DNA of 64,000 nucleotides from an uncultured Methylomirabilota bacterium (GCA_963705305.1 OY970067.1:4288001-4352000); one strand, 5' to 3'. Counted from the first letter of the stretch, positions 42,031 to 52,231 are shown. The notes: generated from the letters alone by a model not told the origin. Made by a program: numbers and translations.

Positions 42031-44541
42031 ATGGCTGACGCCGACACGAACGCTCCGCAGGATGAACTGGCCCGTGCGGAAGCCGCACTCGCAGAGCTGG
42101 AGCAAAAGACCCGCGAGGCCCGCGCCCGCGTGCAAGCCCTGCGAGCGCGGAAGACGGCTGTCCACGAATCACCGCCGTTGTATGTCGCGCTGCCATCTCC
42201 CCCGACAGCATGCGACAGTCTGACCCCGGAGCGAATCCAGCTCTTCCGTCAACTCTTCCGCGGTCGGGAGGATGTCTTCGCCCGTTTGTGGACCAATCCG
42301 AAGAAACAGACCAAGGGTTATGCGCCCGCCTGCGCCAACGAGTGGGCACGGGGCGTCTGCGAGAAGCCGCGGGTCAAGTGCGGGGAATGCCCGAACCAAG
42401 CATTTCTCCCGGTTGACGACAAAGCCATTCGGGGACATCTCCAGGGCCAGCACGTTATGGGGGTCTACCCCCTCCTGCGCGATGAGACCTGCTGGTTCCT
42501 TGCGGTTGACTTCGACGGGGCGGGGTGGCGCGACGATGTGGCGACCTTCGTTGAGACGTGTGCTAGCGTGCGGTGTCCGGCCGCCGTAGAGCGGTCTCGG
42601 TCTGGGAATGGGGCGCACGCTTGGTTCTTCTTCGCGACACCCGTGGTCGCCAGCCTGGCCCGGAATCTCGGCTCTTTCCTGCTCACCGAAACCATGGCCC
42701 GGCGGCACCAGCTCAGTATGCGCTCCTATGACCGCCTCTTTCCTAACCAGGACACCCTGCCCCGCGGCGGGTTCGGGAACCTGATCGCGCTTCCACTCCA
42801 GCACGCGGCCACGCTAAAGGGCAACGCGCTCTTCGTCAATACGACCTGGACACCATACTCCGACCAGTGGGCCATGCTGGCCTCGGTGCCCCGTCTGGAC
42901 CCAGCCCACGTGGAGTCCCTGGTCAAGGACGCCGCGCGACGGGGACAGATCATCGGCGTCCGGTCCGCCGGACTCGACGACGAGGCCGACCACGCCACGC
43001 CGTGGACCCGACCGCCATCCGGGACGCGCCAGGCCCCGGTGATCCCTGGGCCGCTCCCCCCGGAGGTCCGGGCCGTCCTGGCCCAGCGCCTCTTCGTCGC
43101 GAAGGCCGGCCTCCCCTCCCCGCTGCTCAACCAGATTAAGCGCCTGGCGGCCTTCCAGAACCCGGAGTTCTACAAGAAACAGCGAATGCGACTGTCCACG
43201 GCCGGCACGCCCCGCGTGATCGCCTGCACCGAGGAGTTCCCCGAGCACCTCGCCCTGCCCCGGGGGTGTTGCCCCGATCTCCAGGCCCTCCTCCACCAGC
43301 ATGGGGTGCGTCTCGTCATCGACGATCAGCGCACGGAAGGCGACCCTCTGGACGTCCGCTTCCACGGGGAACTGACCCCCCTCCAGGAAGACGCCGCACG
43401 CGCCCTCCTCCGGCACGAGACCGGCGTGTTCGTCGGACCCCCCGGCGTGGGGAAGACCGTACTCGGTGTCTACCTCGCGTCCCAGCGGCGGCGCAGCACC
43501 CTGGTGCTCGTTCATCGGCGGCCACTCCTGGATCAATGGAGGGTGCAGCTCGCCCTGTTCCTCGGGATCGAGGATGCGGCCATCGGGGAGATCGGCCGGG
43601 GGAAGCAGAAGGCGACCGGACGCCTGGATGTGGCCATGCTCCAGAGTGTCACGCGCAAAGACCGCGTGGATGATCGCGTGGCCGCCTACGGCCAGGTGAT
43701 CGTAGACGAGTGCCACCACATGCCCGCGGTCTCGTTCGAGCGGGTGCTCTCCGAGGTGCGCGCCCGCTACGTCGTCGGCCTCACGGCCACCCCCCAGCGG
43801 CGTGATGGGCACCAACCGATCACCGAGATGCAGCTCGGCCCGGTCCGGTACACAGCGGGCCCTCCTGGACCACGGTCCGGGAGACCGTTTGACACCCAGC
43901 TCATCACCCGAGAGACGCGGTTCCGCCTCGTCTCGGAACAGGCGACCCTCCCCATCCAGGCCCTCTATCGAGAGCTGGCAGCCGATCCCGCACGGAACGA
44001 TTTGATCCTCACCAACGTCATCCAGGCCATTGACGAGGGTCACTCCCCGATCCTCCTTACCGAGCGGAAGGATCACCTCACCTTCTTCGCGGAGCACCTC
44101 CGCGGATTCGTGCAGCACCTGGTCGTCCTGCAGGGCGGGATGACCGAGAAGGAACGGCGAGCGAGCGGGGCGGCCCTCGCGGCGATCCCGGACGATGAGG
44201 AGCGTCTGGTCCTCGCCACCGGGCGTTACATCGGCGAGGGCTTTGATGACGCCCGCCTGGATACGCTCTTCCTCGCGCTACCCATCTCGTGGAAGGGAAC
44301 GCTGGTGCAGTACACTGGCCGCCTGCACCGATCCCATCCCCGGAAGACGGTCGTCCGAATCTTCGACTACGTCGACCGTGCGGTCCCGATGCTCCAGAAG
44401 ATGTTCGAGCAACGTCTCCGCGCGTACCGCGCCATCGGCTATGTCGAGGACCAGGGGGCGGGCGGGTCTCTCTTGTCGCCGCGCAGCGAACGGTTCGAGG
44501 CGGAGCCGGAATTGCGGAGCAAGCCGGAGAAGCCCCGATGA
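42031..44541 (+). CDS. AEP primase-like domain fused to an SF2 (DExH) helicase
   Basis: LFRGREDV, Cys cluster, LAVDFD and ERSRSGNGAHAW (AEP motifs); GPPGVGKT, VDECHH, GLTAT, EGFD..RLDTL and QYTGRL.R. Confidence 0.88.
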   Translation: MADADTNAPQDELARAEAALAELEQKTREARARVQALRARKTAVHESPPLYVALPSPPTACDSLTPERIQLFRQLFRGREDVFARLWTNPKKQTKGYAPACANEWARGVCEKPRVKCGECPNQAFLPVDDKAIRGHLQGQHVMGVYPLLRDETCWFLAVDFDGAGWRDDVATFVETCASVRCPAAVERSRSGNGAHAWFFFATPVVASLARNLGSFLLTETMARRHQLSMRSYDRLFPNQDTLPRGGFGNLIALPLQHAATLKGNALFVNTTWTPYSDQWAMLASVPRLDPAHVESLVKDAARRGQIIGVRSAGLDDEADHATPWTRPPSGTRQAPVIPGPLPPEVRAVLAQRLFVAKAGLPSPLLNQIKRLAAFQNPEFYKKQRMRLSTAGTPRVIACTEEFPEHLALPRGCCPDLQALLHQHGVRLVIDDQRTEGDPLDVRFHGELTPLQEDAARALLRHETGVFVGPPGVGKTVLGVYLASQRRRSTLVLVHRRPLLDQWRVQLALFLGIEDAAIGEIGRGKQKATGRLDVAMLQSVTRKDRVDDRVAAYGQVIVDECHHMPAVSFERVLSEVRARYVVGLTATPQRRDGHQPITEMQLGPVRYTAGPPGPRSGRPFDTQLITRETRFRLVSEQATLPIQALYRELAADPARNDLILTNVIQAIDEGHSPILLTERKDHLTFFAEHLRGFVQHLVVLQGGMTEKERRASGAALAAIPDDEERLVLATGRYIGEGFDDARLDTLFLALPISWKGTLVQYTGRLHRSHPRKTVVRIFDYVDRAVPMLQKMFEQRLRAYRAIGYVEDQGAGGSLLSPRSERFEAEPELRSKPEKPR

Positions 44542-44900
44542 GATCCGGCATCTCGCGCAAGGGTAGAAGGGCGGGAATGGGATCGAAGCCCTCGGTGGCA
44601 AGGCTCGACGCCCTCATTGCGGAGGCCTTGGTGGACGCGTACGGCGACTCTGAGCAACGCACGGCATTCTACACCGTCTTGGAGGACTCGTTGGCTTTGC
44701 CCTTCACCACCCAAATCCTGGGCGTGGAAGTGATCGTGGAGCGTCTCGACCTCACCACCGACGAGCAGATCGTGGCCGTCTGTCGGCACGGGCGGGCGCG
44801 GCAGCGCATTCCGATCCTGGACCTGCCGCTTCCCGACCCCGTACCGCAGGGAGCGGAATGGATCGAGGCGTACCGACGCTGGGCGAATGCCGCGAGGTAG
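44538..44900 (+). CDS. Conserved hypothetical protein (CcbP-like)
   Basis: LIAEALVDAYG..EQ..AFY..LED.L.LPF...LGVEV.V and WIEAYRRW; ATGA overlap with the helicase. Confidence 0.65.
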   Translation: MRSGISRKGRRAGMGSKPSVARLDALIAEALVDAYGDSEQRTAFYTVLEDSLALPFTTQILGVEVIVERLDLTTDEQIVAVCRHGRARQRIPILDLPLPDPVPQGAEWIEAYRRWANAAR

Positions 44901-45433
44901 ACCGCACCGATCCTCACCCTCACTGCCGCAGCCAGTTGCGCCCCACTGAACGTCTCCGAGGCGAATCCCCCGTCAAGTTTCTACCACAGCGCCCTGGAAC
45001 ATCGCCGATCTCGGCCCATATCGTAGGGACTATAGAGGCAACGATAAGGCCCGCAACCAACACAGGCCTCGACATATCGCGTTAGCCCTCCTTGACCCGC
45101 GAGCTGCGGTCGCGCGTAGCGCACCCATCGGTGTCACGCAGCGAACGACATGGACGTCATCATTAGTTCCTCTTCCCCGCTCCTCTTGGGGCCCTTTGCG
45201 AGGCGGTGATTTCGTCGGAATGGAGCTAGCGAAAGGCGGGAGGAAGGGAGGCGGCAACAAGACAACTTATGCTACAACGTTCCATCGTACACGAAATTCG
45301 GCAACAGCAATAACCAGATCGCGTCCCCTTTCTTGTGCCTGCGCGGAGAACCGACCCTACGCCTCGACGAGAATGACGGAAGTGCCTCGCTGTTTAGTGT
45401 GCGACGCTTTCCGAGGTTCGGCAGGAGATGCAG

Positions 45434-45705
45434 TCAAAAAGCATATACCGGGGTCTGCTCCAGGCGAACGGGAGGCGTGGACCCGATCAGGTCCAGGATC
45501 CTGCGGGTCACGGCCTCTTCGAGCAGCACTTCGTCCGTCAGCAGATCCACGAGGACCGGTACCTGCTCCACAATGGTCACTTTCCCGCGGACGGTGAGGG
45601 AGATCGTTCGAACATCGCACCGCAGCTCGCTCATCTCCGCGGCCTCCTTCCACGAAAATCTGCGCTCCAGCGTTCCGGGTGAAGATCTGGCCGGTAGGTT
45701 GTCAC
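45434..45705 (-). CDS. YgiT-like protein (45434-45634) preceded by a DUF4258-like tail
   Basis: TIVEQVPVLV...DEVLL..AVTRRI.D.I......R....PVYAF; CxxC zinc ligands are not evident. Confidence 0.55.
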
Positions 45706-45824
45706 CAACTTCACTCGCTCACGAACAATCCCGAACGCCATATGCCATGGTCGCCCCCCGTTTCTCGCTTTCGCCGACTCTCCGGCTCTCCGCACCAAAA
45801 CACGGAACCCAGCGCGCCGGTCCC

Positions 45825-46073
45825 CTATTCCTGTGTGTAGAATTCTCTTCGAAGATCATCCTGGGGAACGAAACGGCTCGCCTGCCGAATGATCGCCTAG
45901 AGGGTGCCCACATCCAATTCTCTGTGCTGCGGGAGAGTCAATGTCTGCACGCTCCCCGAAGGTGCCACTCGTCTCAGCTTTACGTGACTCCCTCGTTGAG
46001 CGTGGACCCGAAAGCCAAACCGGGCGAGAATGGTGATCACGTCGTCGCCGGACAGCCGTCTAAGCTTGGGCAC
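45825..46073 (-). pseudogene. hicA: HicA toxin with an internal TAG (copy 2)
   Basis: Same sequence as 31004-31252. Confidence 0.85.
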
Positions 46074-46296
46074 CGGCCGGCTCCAGCTCCATGGTCACCA
46101 AGATCGTGGGGTGCGGGACGAGGCCGAAGTCAGCGGCGTTTTCCCCTTCGAGGTGGAGGGCGACGGCCTCCTGCAGGTTTGCAAGGGTTTCGTCTACCGT
46201 CCTTCCCTGGGTTACGACAGCCAGCTCCATGCATTCGGCGACATACCAGTCGTCGCCCCGGCGAAGCAAGGCCTTCACGGTGTGCTGCAGCGTCAT
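46060..46296 (-). CDS. hicB: HicB antitoxin (copy 2)
   Basis: Protein identical to 31239-31475. Confidence 0.9.
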   Translation of the reverse strand: MTLQHTVKALLRRGDDWYVAECMELAVVTQGRTVDETLANLQEAVALHLEGENAADFGLVPHPTILVTMELEPAGAQA

Positions 46297-46813
46297 AGCT
46301 TTCTCCGCTCTCCTCTCAAGTGCTCTTGCCGTGCCCCCGCTCGCGACCGACCAACGGAACTGTCATCGCTTCTTACGCGTGCCATCGGAGTCTTCAGCAT
46401 TATAAGCCATCCCGGCCCAGTCGCAAGGTTCTTCCTCCAGCCGCTCCTCTTCCTCAGCACCCCTGCTCCCGAGCGCAGCGGTGCGCCCCCTCCCTCCGGG
46501 GTGGAGCCCCTACGGGGTGGAACCCGGACCGCAGGCTGACCCCTGACCTCTGACCTCTGACTACTAGTTTTTGCGCCATGCCCCCTGCTCTCTGCCCTCT
46601 GCTCTTTGCCCCGTGCCCCGCGCCCTATGCGCTTCGCAATCTGGTCAAAAACGTCGAATGTCCCCTAAATTCACAGGTTGGGGACGGTCTTGAAGTCCAC
46701 CTGGATGGAGCGTGGTCCCAGCATGGATGCCCTTGACCTGTGATAAGAGGGCTGGTACTGTCTTGACCGTCTAGACGGTCTAGGCAGCCTTAGTCGTCTT
46801 GGGGGGCGTTCAG

Positions 46814-47044
46814 ATGAAACCGGAAAGGAAGATGGTCTACATCTCTGAAGAGGCTCATGGACGGCTCAAGCTCTTGGCCGCCCGCCGCAATCGGCCAATG
46901 GGGGAGCTCGTCGACGAGCTGGTCGCGCAAGAGCTGGCCGACCTCGTCAACCCCTGGACCGGTCCCGAGGGCCTGATGCTCCAGCAGAGCATCTTGGCGC
47001 GGATCTGGGATGATCCCGCCTTGGATGTGTATGACCATGATTGA
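46814..47044 (+). CDS. RHH-type antitoxin (copy 2)
   Basis: Identical to 31993-32223. Confidence 0.75.
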   Translation: MKPERKMVYISEEAHGRLKLLAARRNRPMGELVDELVAQELADLVNPWTGPEGLMLQQSILARIWDDPALDVYDHD

Positions 47045-47408
47045 GCTCCGGCGGGGTGACGTCGTCCTCGTAAGCTTTCCATTCGTCATCCCCAACCATA
47101 CCCAGCGGAAGCGACGGCCGGCCGTGGTCGTTCAGTCCGATCGGTACAACCGCCGGCGAGCGGCCGTTATCGTCGCCGCCATCACCAGTACCCAGGGCTA
47201 CGCCCACCTTCCCTGCAAGCTCCTGGTGGCGAAAGACACGCCTGAGGGCCGCGAGGCCGGTCTCCGCCTGGATAGCGTGGTAGACTGCCAGACCCTGGCC
47301 ACGATCCCCCGAGGGGAGATCGTCCGCCGTCTCGGCAGATTTCCCCAGGACGTGATGCGTCGTCTGGACCAAGCCCTCCAGGACGCGCTGGGCTTGCCAG
47401 TGGTCTGA
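47037..47408 (+). CDS. MazF/PemK toxin (copy 2)
   Basis: Identical to 32216-32587. Confidence 0.92.
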   Translation: MIELRRGDVVLVSFPFVIPNHTQRKRRPAVVVQSDRYNRRRAAVIVAAITSTQGYAHLPCKLLVAKDTPEGREAGLRLDSVVDCQTLATIPRGEIVRRLGRFPQDVMRRLDQALQDALGLPVV

Positions 47409-47599
47409 AATGCTGGCGAGGAGTGTACGATTGGACGCCTGGGCGAACCTACCGTCCGCTGGCAGATTGGAAGCCGACAGGGACGCGTTGGAGTATGCAC
47501 GGATGGGATGGGGAGGGGCGGCGTCAGATTTGGGACTGGCGGAGAGAGGAAGGCAAGCGGCAAATAAGGTAATTACGGTTACAACGTCCCCCCGATGGC

Positions 47600-47827
47600 T
47601 CAGGTGGGCGGACCGTAGAGGCACTGGTCGTGCCGGATGGAGATATCGGTTTCGGTCGATTCCCCGTTCCCGATGAGCGCCTCCAGTCCTCGTCGCTGCC
47701 CCTCTGCGATTCGGGCAGGCTCATCTGGAAGCAAGAGCACATAGATGTGCTCCTTCTCCCTCAGGTCCACCGACTCCAGAGGCCGAAGGATGCCACACTC
47801 ATAAACGGCCTGAACGACTTTTGTCAC
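47600..47827 (-). CDS. DUF104/AF2212-like antitoxin (orphan)
   Basis: VQAVYE.GILRPLE.VDL.E.E.I; lies between site A (47562) and site B (48002). Confidence 0.78.
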   Translation of the reverse strand: MTKVVQAVYECGILRPLESVDLREKEHIYVLLLPDEPARIAEGQRRGLEALIGNGESTETDISIRHDQCLYGPPT

Positions 47828-48216
47828 CGTATCTCCTTCCCAAGCCAGGAGGTAGATTCCCTTGAACCTGAGAGTAGCTATGTGCGCTTAGGAAGTCAAG
47901 GCTTGTTCACCCGCTGCCCCCCGCGCCCCCTCTCGCCCCTGCGCCTCTTCGCCTCAGCGCCTCTACGGCCCCCTTCCCTTTGCCCTTTGCCCTACGCCAC
48001 AGGATACGGTCAATAATGTCGCAACCTCCCCTAGCTTTTTCTCGGGCGGGTGCCGGTGAAGGTGACGGGGATGAGCTTGCCGGGCGACCACCGCTTGGAG
48101 GCAAGTGCGTGTTTCGTCTCCCGCTTCCCCTCAAGTCGTGATATGCTATGCTCTAAAATAGAGCAAGCCAGGGGGTGCTGTCGACGGCACCGGTGGACTG
48201 AACGGTCAGGACGGCA

Positions 48217-48498
48217 ATGGATATCGTAACCGCCAACCGACATGACATCTTGCGGATCGCACGCCGCCACGGGGTGGCTCAGGTCCGCCTGTTTGGCTCC
48301 CAAGCACGAGGCGTTGCGGGTGAAAGCAGCGACGTCGATCTCCTGATCGAGGTGGAGGGGCCCACCACACCGTGGTTCCCGGGCGGGCTGGTGGCTGACC
48401 TCGAGGCATTGTTGGGGTGCCGCGTGGACGTCGTGGAGGCGGACGCGCTGCACCCGGATGTCCGGGCACAGGCGCTGGCGGAGGCGCGGACGTTGTGA
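48217..48498 (+). CDS. MNT nucleotidyltransferase antitoxin
   Basis: VRLFGSQARG...ESSDVDLL....L...LE.LLG.RVDVV. Confidence 0.92.
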   Translation: MDIVTANRHDILRIARRHGVAQVRLFGSQARGVAGESSDVDLLIEVEGPTTPWFPGGLVADLEALLGCRVDVVEADALHPDVRAQALAEARTL

Positions 48499-48848
48499 AG
48501 GATGACCGGGTCTACCTCCGGCATATCCTCCAATGCATCGAGGCCATCGGCGGCTATATCACGTCGGGACGCCCGCAGTTCTTCGCAGATCGCAAGACCC
48601 ACAAGGCCGTCCTTCGCGAGCTCCAAGAACTCTCTGAGTCCGTCCAGCGGCTTTCGCCGGAACTACGAGCGCATCACCCTGAAGTCCCTTGGGCCGCCAT
48701 CGGCGGATTCAGGAACGTGCTGGTCCATGACTACCTGGGAATCAGCCTTTCCCGTGTGTGGGACGTGATCGAGCGGGATCTTCCCGCCCTTCGGACAACA
48801 GTGCTGCATATGCTCCGAGATCTCGGCGAGCGCCCTCCCGCGCCCTAA
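48495..48848 (+). CDS. HEPN (DUF86) toxin
   Basis: DRVYL.HI..CI, PEVPW..I.GFRNVLVHDY (RX4H motif) and VWDVI..DLP.L. Confidence 0.92.
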   Translation: MKDDRVYLRHILQCIEAIGGYITSGRPQFFADRKTHKAVLRELQELSESVQRLSPELRAHHPEVPWAAIGGFRNVLVHDYLGISLSRVWDVIERDLPALRTTVLHMLRDLGERPPAP

Positions 48849-49041
48849 CTCCCTGCTCTATACTTCAGCCCCCAGTGTCTTCTTCTCGACGTACGCTCGC
48901 ACCCTCATACCTCCTCGTCTTTTCTGCCCGCCTCCCCTGCTCCTCGCTTCTCCGCGCGGTTCTCAATTTCGAATGTCGCATTTCGAACTTCGAATTCCCC
49001 CCGTCGCCCGCTCCCCCCTCCGCCCCATGCCCTACGCTCTG

Positions 49042-50195
49042 TGCCCTTTGCCCTACGCCACAGGATACGGTCAATAATGTCGCAACGTCCCCTAGACCGA
49101 GTGGCGGAGAGTACCTCCCGGAGAGCGATCCATGTCCGGGCGATCGGCCGCTTCCCGCGGCGTTCGGAGAGGGTCCCGGGATGCAGTTTCCCCTTGCTGG
49201 CACGTCGGGATGGCGCTACACTATGGGCACCCTGGAGGTGCTACATGAGTGTAACCACGCACAGAACCCGGACCAAGGCAACGTCGCAGCGGGAGGCGGC
49301 GCCCATGGCCTCCCGGATTGTCCGCCGGAGCTTTGCGCTTCCCCGGCACATCGTCATGGAGGCCACGGCAGTGGCCCCGGCTGAGCTGCAGACCAACCTC
49401 AACCGGCTCGTCACGACCGCGCTAGAAGAGTACACGGCCACCCGCAAACAGCAGGCCTTTGCAGCCGCCATGGCCGCCATGGCGGCGGACCCTGCGGTCA
49501 CCCGCGTCTCCAGCGACCTCCTGGCGGTCTTTCGCACGACCGAGGTGGACGGCCTCCCCGATGATTAGCCGCGGCCAGATCTACCGCGTCAACCTCAATC
49601 CCGTCCATGGCCGCGAGCAGAAGGGGATGCGCCCCGTCCTGGTCGTCTCCGCCGATGCCATCAACCGTCAGCCGCTCGTCGTGACCGTCGTGGCAGGCAC
49701 GGACGCGACCACCGTGCCCCGCGACTACCCGACGAACGTCCGGGTGCCGGCCCGCGAGAGCGGCTTGCCGAAGGACACGGTCTTCCTGTGCTTCCAGCTC
49801 CGAACCCTCGATCCGACGCGCTTCCAGGATCCTCGCACCGGCCAGGTGACGCCGGTGGGCCAGCTCCCGGCGGCGCGCATGGCCGAGGTCGATACAGCGC
49901 TCCGCGCCGTGCTGAGCTTCTAGGAGCCTGGAGAGCGCCAACAAGTCTGTGGTCGCCGAATCATGCCGGCGGGACCGTTCCGCGAATAGCCCCTCCTCTT
50001 GCGTTTCAGCGCCTGATCCTACGTCCGTGCGCGATGGCACGGAGCTGGCCGACCTGACCGGCCAGGCATTGTGCCCCAAGACGGCTTGTGAAACGAGGCC
50101 CTATCGGCAATCCCACGTCTCCCCCGTGCCGGCGGATCGCCCTCGACCGCGAGAACCGCCTCGACGCTCATCTAGCCGCTTTCTCCCGAGCGTCG
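49042..50195 (+). repeat. Direct duplicate of 33005-34158 (antitoxin 49245-49568 and MazF 49561-49923)
   Basis: Offset 16037; starts at the site-B block. Confidence 0.93.
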
Positions 50196-50449
50196 GAGGA
50201 CTGGTTTGTCCGTCGCGCCTCATTGCCCATGTCGATCGTGGCACGGGCGATGTCCTTCCCGCCGAAACCTGGCGAGATCGATGGTGGCGCCTCCACCGCG
50301 GCCCCTCTCTCTCGCTGAAGCCTGGCGGCTCTCTGCGTCCGTCGCCGCCTTGACCGGGTGGCGCCCGGGTTGAGCACGTGGGCGAGATCCACCGCAGGCG
50401 TAGGGCTTGCCGCGCAGCTTTCCGACCCGATCGTGCGGCGACAGCGGAC

Positions 50450-52166
50450 GAGCGGAGAAGGGCATGCGGACGGCGGTCGTCAGGAGCGGCAGGCGGGAAG
50501 GGGGGGGATCGGACTCAGGGACTTGAGGGAGGCCCGGAAGGGTGGCGGCAACAAGGTAATTAAGGTTACAACGTCCCCTCGGCCTTGTTCCCCTCCATCA
50601 GGGGCACGTGTTTGTGGGCCGCCGCGTGGAAGAGGACCTCGGGCAGGTGCTCCTCCAGGACAGCCGTCATCCGCGCCTCGTCGGTGACATCGGCGATCAC
50701 GGGGTGGAGGACGAGCTTCGGGACCTTGTCCCGCAGCTCCAGCTCCACGAAGAAGAGGCCGTTCTCGGACCGGTCCAAAAGGACCAGCTCGGCCGGCTCG
50801 AACCGGGCGATCTGGCGGCACAGCTCCGACCCGATGGAGCCGCCCGCCCCCGTCACCAGGACCCGCTTCCCGGACACGAACTGCTCCACCTCGGCCTGGT
50901 CGATGCGGACCGGCTCGCGCCGCAGGAGGTCCGCGATGTTCAGCCGGCGGGGCCTCACCGCCAGGGCCGGGCTGTCCGTCAGCTCGCGCAGGTTGGGGAT
51001 CGTCTTGAACTCCACCTGGGCGGACCGGCAGGCCCCGATGATCCGGCGCATCTGCTCGCCGGTGGCCGAGGGGATGGCGATCAAGAGCTCGTGGATCGCA
51101 TGCGTGTGGCACAACCCGGGCAGCTCGTCGATCGTCCCCAGCACCTTCTTGCCGTGGATGCGCCGGCCCTGCCTGGCCGGATCGTCGTCCGCGGGCCCCA
51201 CCGTACCGTCCGTCCCTCTCCTCGGAAGGTCTTGACATGTGTTGTCAGATCTGCCAACATCGCAATTACCGGCGGCCCAAGGGAAGGCAAGATACGATGA
51301 CTCGGAAGACACGACCAATTTCGTGGGTCAGCGCGGCGCTCAGGGAATTCCAGGCGTTCCCGGAGGGGGCCAAGGCGATTTGTCTTGCCGCTCTCACGGT
51401 GGCCGCTGAAAACGAGAAAGCTGACATTGCGAGCCGATGCACGGCATGGGCGCGGGTGTATTTGAGATCGCTCTGCGGTTTCGGAGCAATGCGTTTCGAG
51501 TCGTCTATCCCGTGCAGCTTGGAGACGACATCTGGGTGCTCCATGCGTTCGAGAAGAAATCGAAGCGGGGCGCCAAAACTCCGGGGGGCGAAATCGATTT
51601 GATTAAGAACCGCCTGAAGAGATTGAGGGAGATGTTGCCATGAAAACAAAGGGGGAAGTTATGCGCGGCAGCGGGAATGTTTTCCGCGACTTGGGCCGTG
51701 AGACCGCGGATATTGAGCAGTTCAAGGCAATCCTGGCCGCGGAAATCATTAAGACCCTCAACCGGGAGCGCTTGACCGTGCGGGCCGCGCAGGCGCGCAC
51801 GGGCATTGCTGCGGCCGATTTCTCGCGCATTCGGAACACGGACCTCGGCCGGTTCACCGCCGACCGCCTCATGGCGACCCTCAACCGACTCGGGGCGCGG
51901 GTGGAGGTCAAGGTCAGGGTGCGGCGCGCCGAACCTGTCGCGCACCGCGCCACAGCCTAGCTGTCACGTTGGCTCGTTCACTGCGCAGCGCAAAGGCTGA
52001 AGACGGCGGTGGGCTGGCAGGGGCAGCGGAGTCAGGGGTGAGCAGAGGCTGGAAGGAGGGGAGTTGGAAAATAAAGTCAATAATGTCGCAACGTCCCCTA
52101 AACGTTCTGCCGTTCGACGTTCCACGTGCTCCGCTCGATGTTCCTAACCGCCGCACGTCGAACCGC
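50450..52166 (+). repeat. Direct duplicate of ~34162-35878 (capD fragment 50579-51190, frameshifted Gp49-like toxin 51297-51643, XRE antitoxin 51640-51960)
   Basis: Offset 16288; identical translations. Confidence 0.93.
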
Positions 52167-52231
52167 CGCACCTAGAACCGTCTTTCCCCCCACCTCGCAC
52201 CGTTCTCAACCGCAGCACGTCGAACCGTCTC

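Larger units (their letters stand above)
45483..47595 (+). repeat. Direct duplicate of 30662-32774
   Basis: Constant offset of 14821, identical ORFs; ends 4 bp after site A. Confidence 0.95.
32741..52098 (+). repeat. Dispersed array of ~30-bp direct-oriented sites ending CAACGTCCCC
   Basis: Type A (MAAYAAGGTAATTAMGGTTACAACGTCCCS) at 32741, 34261, 37317, 40932, 47562, 50549. Type B (..RGTCAATAATGTCGCAACSTCCCC) at 33026, 35781, 38674, 48002, 49063, 52069. Degenerate copies at 31822, 45255, 46643. Confidence 0.92.

Noticed and set aside
32741..52098. 30-bp repeats as a CRISPR array
   Set aside because: Spacing is 0.3-4.3 kb with whole genes in between, not 30-40 bp spacers; no cas genes are present.
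32741..52098. Classical integron attC array
   Set aside because: No RYYYAAC...GTTRRRY long imperfect palindromes and no intI in view; the sites are short and asymmetric.
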